Source of the DNA: Reyranella sp.
GTDB taxonomy: Bacteria; Pseudomonadota; Alphaproteobacteria; Reyranellales; Reyranellaceae
Assembly (NCBI RefSeq): GCF_036558665.1
Contig: NZ_DATBFE010000046.1
Span: 35,477 to 59,476 of the forward strand
Reading direction: 5' to 3'
DNA length: 24,000 nucleotides
In this document: piece after piece, positions 1 through 4,700 of the stretch
How positions within the stretch are numbered: position 1 is the stretch's first letter
How the letters are laid out: every line of letters starts with the position of its first letter
Program-made: the position numbers and the translations under genes
Notes under the pieces: generated by a model
What the model was told of the DNA's origin: nothing
Seen by the model: only the letters and a program-made list of their open reading frames with translations
Databases searched by the model: none

Positions 1-341
1 TTCAGCGCCCGGCTCACGGTGTTGGAGGTGCCGCGCCAGAAAGCGAGCTCCGGCGCAATTTCCGGCCGGCATCGCAGGCAGGGACGAAAGCCGGCCTCCT
101 GTGCGCCGGCCGCGGAGGCGAAGAAGCGGCAGTTCTCGAACTTCGGGACGCGGGCAGGGCAGATCGGCCGGCAGTAGATGCCGGTCGAGGTGACGCCGAC
201 GAAGATGCGGCCGTCGAAGCGGGCGTCATGAGTCTGGAAGGCGCGATAACAAGCCTCCCGATCGAGCAGTTCCTGGGAAAGTTCCATGCCCGGCATGATC
301 CCATTCCCATCGGCAGGTCGCTGGCGGTTTTCGGACATCAT
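1..341 (-). CDS. Ada-type zinc-binding DNA-repair/transcription regulator, N-terminal part (gene runs off the left edge)
   Basis: Absent from the ORF track because it is edge-truncated. Reverse-strand translation from the tandem ATGs at 341/338 gives MMSENRQRPADGNGIMPGMELSQELLDREACYRAFQTHDARFDGRIFVGVTSTGIYCRPICPARVPKFENCRFFASAAGAQEAGFRPCLRCRPEIAPELAFWRGTSNTVSRAL. This is colinear with the Cys4 zinc domain of E. coli Ada (TTGIFCRPSCRAR...GFRPCKRCQP). An in-frame TAG at 357-359 bounds the start. The downstream domains (AraC HTH, AlkA or methyltransferase) are outside the window. Confidence 0.75.
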   Translation of the reverse strand, partial: MMSENRQRPADGNGIMPGMELSQELLDREACYRAFQTHDARFDGRIFVGVTSTGIYCRPICPARVPKFENCRFFASAAGAQEAGFRPCLRCRPEIAPELAFWRGTSNTVSRAL

Positions 342-358
342 TGCTCGGTTCGGCTGCT

Positions 359-372
359 ACCGAAGCTTCGGT
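359..372. promoter_or_regulatory. 14-bp perfect palindrome ACCGAAGCTTCGGT in the divergent ada-like/ABM intergenic region (candidate operator)
   Basis: Read directly from the sequence. It is self-complementary over all 14 nt and lies 18 nt upstream of the ada-like ATG and 53 nt upstream of the ABM ATG. No known consensus was recognised. Confidence 0.25.
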
Positions 373-424
373 CGCGGCTCCTGCCTATCGTGAAGGGCAT
401 CGACTTTAGCAAAAGGAGGAACCC

Positions 425-736
425 ATGGTCGATGTGAAGAGCTCCCGGGACGGCATCGTGGTGACGGCCTTCTGGGAAACCAAACCCGAGGAGGTTGGGG
501 CGGTCCTGGAGATCCTGAAGCGTTTCCTGCCGCAGGCTCAACGCGAACCGGGCGTCAAGACCTTCGAGATCCATCAGTCGCTGACCGAACCCGCGAAGTT
601 CTTCTTCTACGAAGTCTTTCGCGATGAAGCAGCGTTTGGTGCCCACCAGCAGAGCGAGCATTTCAGAACGCTGATCCAGGGTGAGGCGCTTCCGAAGCTT
701 GCCAAGCGCGAGCGAGCGCAGCACAAGTTCGTCTGA
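425..736 (+). CDS. Antibiotic-biosynthesis-monooxygenase (ABM) domain protein / putative quinol monooxygenase, 103 aa
   Basis: ORF 425..736 is preceded by the SD AAAGGAGGA 5 nt upstream. It has the size and pattern typical of ABM/YgiN ferredoxin-fold proteins (IVVTAFWETKPEE...FEIHQS...PAKFFFYEVFRDEAAFGAHQQSEHF). GC3 is high. Confidence 0.85.
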   Translation: MVDVKSSRDGIVVTAFWETKPEEVGAVLEILKRFLPQAQREPGVKTFEIHQSLTEPAKFFFYEVFRDEAAFGAHQQSEHFRTLIQGEALPKLAKRERAQHKFV

Positions 737-754
737 AGCCATCAGGAGGAAGCA

Positions 755-871
755 ATGTTCCAACGGACCAGTTGCCCCGGACTGGCCGTCTGCATTCTTC
801 CCTCCGCCGTCCACGGGCAGGCGTTGACCGGGGAAAAGGTCAAGGCAAGCCGGCCAGGATCGACGACCTGA
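755..871 (+). CDS. 38-aa ORF with consensus SD and signal-peptide-like N-terminus (small secreted peptide or 5' remnant of a lost periplasmic-protein gene)
   Basis: AGGAGGA at 744-750, ATG at 755, TGA at 869-871. Translation: MFQRTSCPGLAVCILPSAVHGQALTGEKVKASRPGSTT. It falls below the ORF-track length cutoff. I recognise no homolog and the coding status is uncertain. Confidence 0.2.
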   Translation: MFQRTSCPGLAVCILPSAVHGQALTGEKVKASRPGSTT

Positions 872-880
872 ATTCCGACG

Positions 881-961
881 GTGCCGGCACTAGGCGTCGC
901 CGGTAGGGTTCACGACGCCTGGCGCCGGCGCTCGCAGCAGGGCCTGGCCAAGGGCGGCCGC
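881..961. repeat. Cluster of short GC-rich palindromes/hairpin in a non-coding spacer
   Basis: Four elements are visible. GTGCCGGCAC at 881-890. A hairpin GGCGTCG (893-899) / CGACGCC (913-919) with a 13-nt loop. GCGCCGGCGC at 922-931. GCGGCCGC at 954-961. This may be a REP/RIME-like element or RNA structure. No second copy was seen in this window. Confidence 0.3.
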
Positions 962-1012
962 AGAAAGGTCACAGATGTCGGCTGCCTGCGCGACAAAGCA
1001 GCCCGCCGTCGA

Positions 1013-1038
1013 GCAACCTTCGCGTGCGACTCGCCGTT
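1013..1038 (+). promoter_or_regulatory. Candidate ECF (EcfG/general-stress-type) promoter GCAAC-N17-CGTT
   Basis: GCAAC at 1013-1017, a 17-nt spacer, then CGTT at 1035-1038, 32 nt upstream of the ATG at 1070. The alphaproteobacterial EcfG consensus is GGAAC-N16/17-CGTT, so there is one mismatch in the -35 element. Confidence 0.3.
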
Positions 1039-1069
1039 TTCCTGCCGTAATACCCGTCGGAGGACGCGC

Positions 1070-1144
1070 ATGAACGCCATCATCTACCTCGTCGGCCTTG
1101 TCGTCATCGTCATGGCGATCCTGTCTTTCGTTGGTATGCGCTAA
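1070..1144 (+). CDS. 24-aa hydrophobic microprotein (single TM helix)
   Basis: GGAGGA at 1059-1064, 5 nt upstream of ATG 1070. Translation: MNAIIYLVGLVVIVMAILSFVGMR, with TAA at 1142-1144. In the ORF track it appears only as the tail of a spurious 87-aa ORF (881..1144). It is followed 25 nt later by the next gene, which also has a strong SD. Confidence 0.5.
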   Translation: MNAIIYLVGLVVIVMAILSFVGMR

Positions 1145-1169
1145 CCGGACCATCCAGAAGGAGAGAGCC

Positions 1170-2093
1170 ATGCCCGACGTGGTCCCGGCGACCGACGTCG
1201 CCGTCCGCGCACCGCGGTTCCAGTATCTCGAATGGGGTGCCGTCATCGCCGGTGCGATCGGGGCGGCGGCCATCTCGTTTGTTCTTCTGACCTTCGGCTC
1301 GGCGCTGGGCCTGTCCGCGATCTCGCCCTATCCCTATCGCGGTCTATCCGCACCCACCTTCCTGGTCGTGGCAACGCTCTATGTCGCGCTGGTGCAGGTC
1401 TGCAGCTACGCTGCCGGCGGCTATCTCGCCGGGCGCATGCGCACGCCGTGGGCCGACGGCGCCGAGTCGGAGCGCCACTTCCGTGACGGTGCCCATGGCT
1501 TCGTCGTCTGGGCGCTGGGTCTCGTGATCTCCGCAGCCGTCGTTGCCTCCGGCGTCGGTGGCGCGGCGAAAACCGCCCTCGAGGCAACGGCCGCCGTGAC
1601 CGCCGGCGCGGCGAGCGGCGCAAGCGCCGGTGCGTCGATGCCGTCGCCCGCGAATCCTGCTCAATATGCTACGGACTTTCTCTTTCGGCCGGTCGCCAAT
1701 GCGGCCCCTGCCGGCGGCGCTGATGCCGCACAAGGGGAGAACTCGGTCGATCCCGCGTCGGTGACGCGCGTTTTCACCCGCGGTCTCGCCGGCGGTTCGT
1801 TGTCGGACGAGGATCGCGGCTACCTTGGCCTGGTGGTGGCTCGACAGACCGGCCTTTCTCAACCCGATGCCGAAAAGCGGGTCGACCTGTCCTTTGCCGA
1901 AGCCAGGAAGGCCGAGCAGAAAGCACGCGATGTCGCGAACGAAGCGCGCAAGAAGACCGCGCTCGCAGGCTTCCTGACGGCGGCCACGTTCGCCATCGCC
2001 TGCGCCGCAGCCTGCCTCGCCGCCGGGCTGGGCGGCCGCGATCGCGATGAGAGGAGCGTCAAGTACTGGCTCGGGGCCACCCGTTTCTGGTAG
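1170..2093 (+). CDS. Integral membrane protein of unknown function, 307 aa (about 4 TM segments, Ala/Gly/Ser-rich linker, charged helical region)
   Basis: ATG 1170 lies inside ORF 1098..2093 and is preceded by GAAGGAGAG (1157-1165). GC3 is high in this frame. Hydrophobic segments: WGAVIAGAIGAAAISFVLLTF, FLVVATLYVALVQVCSYAAGGYLAG, FVVWALGLVISAAVVASGV and a C-terminal LAGFLTAATFAIACAAACLAAGL. I recognise no named family. Confidence 0.8.
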   Translation: MPDVVPATDVAVRAPRFQYLEWGAVIAGAIGAAAISFVLLTFGSALGLSAISPYPYRGLSAPTFLVVATLYVALVQVCSYAAGGYLAGRMRTPWADGAESERHFRDGAHGFVVWALGLVISAAVVASGVGGAAKTALEATAAVTAGAASGASAGASMPSPANPAQYATDFLFRPVANAAPAGGADAAQGENSVDPASVTRVFTRGLAGGSLSDEDRGYLGLVVARQTGLSQPDAEKRVDLSFAEARKAEQKARDVANEARKKTALAGFLTAATFAIACAAACLAAGLGGRDRDERSVKYWLGATRFW

Positions 2094-2134
2094 GTCGCGC
2101 CGAACTCCGCGAGCGCGGTATCCAATTCCGGTCG

Positions 2135-2163
2135 ATCGTCGTCCGATATGGAGGGACGACGAT
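2135..2163 (+). promoter_or_regulatory. 10-bp perfect stem-loop occluding the SD and start codon of the SnoaL-like gene
   Basis: ATCGTCGTCC (2135-2144) pairs with GGACGACGAT (2154-2163). The 9-nt loop is GATATGGAG. The right arm contains the 3' half of the SD (GGAGGGA) and the AT of ATG 2162. Confidence 0.35.
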
Positions 2164-2566
2164 GGCCGACACCGATATCCAGGACTTTGTGACCAGGTTC
2201 GCTGCCGCTTGGGCGGCGCGGGATGGCGAGGCGTTCCTCGCTCTTTGGCATCCCGAGGGCCGCCTGCATTCGCCTCTCTATGATCGGCCGGTCGCCGGCA
2301 GGGAGATGAGCCGTCTCACCGAGATCGTGAGGGAGAAGGCACCGGACAGCGTGTGGCAACTTCTCGATTGGACCGCGCGCGGCGATACCGTGATCATCGA
2401 ATGGCAGAATACGCGAACCGCAGGCGGCAAGCGCGTCGACTGGCGCGGAGTCGACAAATTCCGGCTGCGAGACGGCAAGATCCTCGAGGAGCGGGTCTAC
2501 GCCGATACTGCCCCGCTGCGCGCAGCAGCCAAGGGCGAGAAGCTCGCGCCCGTCATTCCGCTTTAG
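2162..2566 (+). CDS. SnoaL-like / NTF2-fold protein, 134 aa
   Basis: ORF 2162..2566. The N-terminus (DIQDFVTRFAAAWAARDGEAFLALWHPEG) and the later VIIEWQNT...GVDKFRLRDGKILEERVY are the usual NTF2/SnoaL pattern. The 3' end overlaps the convergent regulator gene by 14 nt. Confidence 0.85.
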   Translation: MADTDIQDFVTRFAAAWAARDGEAFLALWHPEGRLHSPLYDRPVAGREMSRLTEIVREKAPDSVWQLLDWTARGDTVIIEWQNTRTAGGKRVDWRGVDKFRLRDGKILEERVYADTAPLRAAAKGEKLAPVIPL

Positions 2567-3218
2567 ACCCGCCGTCCCCGCGAGGACGTCTGGCGATCCG
2601 GTAGGCGCAACGCCGGGCACCGGCCAGGATGTGGTCGATCCGCTCGACCGTTACGTCGGTGCCCAGAACGGCGCGAAAGATGGCAAGCTCCGAGCGGCAA
2701 AGCCCTTGGCACGCCGCGGCGGCGGCGCAGATCGGACAGTGATCCTCGACGAGCAGAAAGCCGCCCTGCGGGTCGTCGGCGATGCTCGCCATGTAGCCTT
2801 CGCGACTGCGCACTTGGGCGAGAGCGGCGAGCTTCCGGCGAAGCGACCATCTTTCTCCGACGGCCTTGCGGTAGTCGGCAAGGCTCGCGCCCTGGCGATG
2901 TTCGATCAGCCTCTCCAATCCACGTTCGCCGAAGACTTGCCGCGTCGCGCCCAGGAGATCGAGAGTGAGGTCGGAATGCCGGTCGGGAAAGCGACCATGG
3001 CCCGCTTGCGTGAGCCGCCAGCACTTGCGCGGGCGTCCGCGGCCATGGCGCTGGTTCTCGGCCTCGACGAGGCCGGTGACTTCGAGTTTGACCAGATGTT
3101 GTCGCGCGCCCGCCGGGGTCATGCCGAGACTGCGGCCGATCTCGGCCGCAGTCTGTGATCCGCGGCTCTTGAGGTGGAACAGGATGCGATCCTGGCTGCG
3201 ATCGGTCGCTTGACTCAT
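2553..3218 (-). CDS. Winged-helix (ArsR/DeoR-like) transcriptional regulator with C-terminal Cys cluster, SufR-like, 221 aa
   Basis: ORF 2553..3218. The N-terminal wHTH reads ILFHLKSRGSQTAAEIGRSLGMTPAGARQHLVKLEVTGLV. The C-terminus reads EDHCPICAAAAACQGLCRSEL...ILAGARRCAYRI and carries five Cys, resembling the Fe-S-binding domain of SufR-type regulators. It is divergent from an MFS gene. Confidence 0.85.
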   Translation of the reverse strand: MSQATDRSQDRILFHLKSRGSQTAAEIGRSLGMTPAGARQHLVKLEVTGLVEAENQRHGRGRPRKCWRLTQAGHGRFPDRHSDLTLDLLGATRQVFGERGLERLIEHRQGASLADYRKAVGERWSLRRKLAALAQVRSREGYMASIADDPQGGFLLVEDHCPICAAAAACQGLCRSELAIFRAVLGTDVTVERIDHILAGARRCAYRIARRPRGDGGSKAE

Positions 3219-3240
3219 GCACGAATTTAGAAAGTAATCA

Positions 3241-3253
3241 CTATTTAAAATAG
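3241..3253. promoter_or_regulatory. Inverted repeat CTATTT-A-AAATAG in the AT-rich divergent promoter region (candidate operator)
   Basis: Perfect 6+6 inverted repeat in the only AT-rich stretch between the regulator ATG (3218) and the MFS ATG (3309). It overlaps a possible -10 element TAAAAT (3246-3251). Confidence 0.3.
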
Positions 3254-3308
3254 CTCACGCAGCGGTGGCTGGCAACCTGTCCACCCGCGCTCCGAGGAGA
3301 CAATCGGC

Positions 3309-4694
3309 ATGGACGACGCGGCAGACGAGGGCTGGCGTTCGCTTCTGAGGCCGGAATGGATGGCGACGCTCGCCGTGCTGCTGAGCGGCGTGCTGCTGCA
3401 ATCGATGAACGTGCTGATGCTCTCGACGGTGCTGCCGACCATCGTCGGCGAACTGGGCGGCGTCGCCATGATGAGCTGGCCGACGACCGCCTATCTCGCA
3501 TCCTCCATCACTGCCGCAACCTGTGCGGCGATGCTCGCCACGATGCTCGGCGTGCGGACTACCTACTGTACCGGCGTCACGATCTTCGGCGCCGGCGCGC
3601 TCCTCTGTTCGCTCGCTCCGACCATGGACTGGGTCGTCGCAGGCCGTCTTGTCCAGGGGTTCGGCGGCGGGCTGGAGGCGGCGGTCGCGTATGTGGTGGT
3701 GCGCCGCACGCTGCCGGAACCGGTCTGGCCGAGAGCGATCGCTTTGTTGTCGGGCATGTGGAGCGTTTCGGTTCTGTTGGGACCGTTGGTCGGCGGGATC
3801 TTCGCCCGGTTGGGCAACTGGCGCGGGGCGTTCATCGCGGTCGCCGCCGTCGCGGCCCTGTTGACGGCCGGAGCATTCGTCGTCTTGCGGTCGGCCGTGG
3901 CGGAACACAAAGGGCCGGTGCCACCGGTGCCCGCGGCGCGCGTCGCCCTGATCTGCGCCGCGATCGCCGCCACTTCGGCCGTTTCTTCGATCGAGTGGCC
4001 GGTCGCGAAGGCCGGCATGATCTGTGGCGCGATCCTCTGCCTGGCCCTGATGCTGCGGCTGAACCGCGAAGCTCCAATGGCACTCCTGCCGCGGGATGCC
4101 TTCTCCTTGCGCACGCCAACCGGCGTCGGATTGTGGTTGGTTCTGCTGCTCTGCATCACTTTCAGCCCGTTGCAGCTCTACGTGCCGATCCTCCTGCAGC
4201 GCTTGCACGGCCTCGATGCGTTGGCGGCGGGTTATGCGGTCGCCGGCGCTTCCCTTGGCTGGACCGCGGCATCCGTTGCCTCTGCCGGCGCGGCCGGGAT
4301 CTGGCGAGACCGGCTGATGCTGGCCGGACCGGCCGTCATGGGCGCCGGCCTGATGGGTATTGCGCTGCTTATGCCGGAATCCACCTCGTCGGCCCTCTAC
4401 TTCGCCATCGCGGTCGTTGGTATCGGCATCGGCCAATGCTGGCCCTTCGTCGCCCACCGGGTGATGAGCGGCGCCAGGCCCGGAGACGAGACCGTCGCGG
4501 CATCTTCGGTTCCCACCGTCCAGCAGATGGGCTTCGCCCTGGGGGCGGCGCTTGCTGGCCTGGCCGCGAACGCCAGCGGTCTCGCCGACGCGGTCACAGA
4601 CCAGGGGCTAAGAGATGCCGCCTTCTGGGTTCCCGCAAGTTTCGTCGTGCCGGCCGCCCTTGCCTGCCTGGCCAGCCTCCGCCTTTCCCGCTAG
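3309..4694 (+). CDS. MFS transporter (drug/H+ antiporter-like, 14-TM type likely), 461 aa
   Basis: ORF 3309..4694 with SD GAGGAGA at 3293-3299. Hydrophobic segments run throughout. MFS-type loop motifs include GRLVQGFGGG and the PRAIALLSGMWSVSVLLGPLVGG region. Confidence 0.9.
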   Translation: MDDAADEGWRSLLRPEWMATLAVLLSGVLLQSMNVLMLSTVLPTIVGELGGVAMMSWPTTAYLASSITAATCAAMLATMLGVRTTYCTGVTIFGAGALLCSLAPTMDWVVAGRLVQGFGGGLEAAVAYVVVRRTLPEPVWPRAIALLSGMWSVSVLLGPLVGGIFARLGNWRGAFIAVAAVAALLTAGAFVVLRSAVAEHKGPVPPVPAARVALICAAIAATSAVSSIEWPVAKAGMICGAILCLALMLRLNREAPMALLPRDAFSLRTPTGVGLWLVLLLCITFSPLQLYVPILLQRLHGLDALAAGYAVAGASLGWTAASVASAGAAGIWRDRLMLAGPAVMGAGLMGIALLMPESTSSALYFAIAVVGIGIGQCWPFVAHRVMSGARPGDETVAASSVPTVQQMGFALGAALAGLAANASGLADAVTDQGLRDAAFWVPASFVVPAALACLASLRLSR

Positions 4695-4700
4695 CGGCAG

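Noticed and set aside
755-1144. A single TGA (869-871) interrupting an otherwise open frame from ATG 755 to the microprotein stop. I considered selenocysteine or readthrough.
   Set aside because: I saw no SECIS-like hairpin immediately 3' of the TGA. The segment at 872-1069 has weak codon bias and an Arg-rich translation. Long open frames are expected by chance at this GC content.
3226-3232. TTTAGAA, identical to the left half of the Irr iron-control element (TTTAGAA-N3-TTCTAAA).
   Set aside because: The right half (AATCACT) does not match, so this is only a half-site in AT-rich DNA. I kept the nearby true palindrome (3241-3253) as the operator candidate instead.
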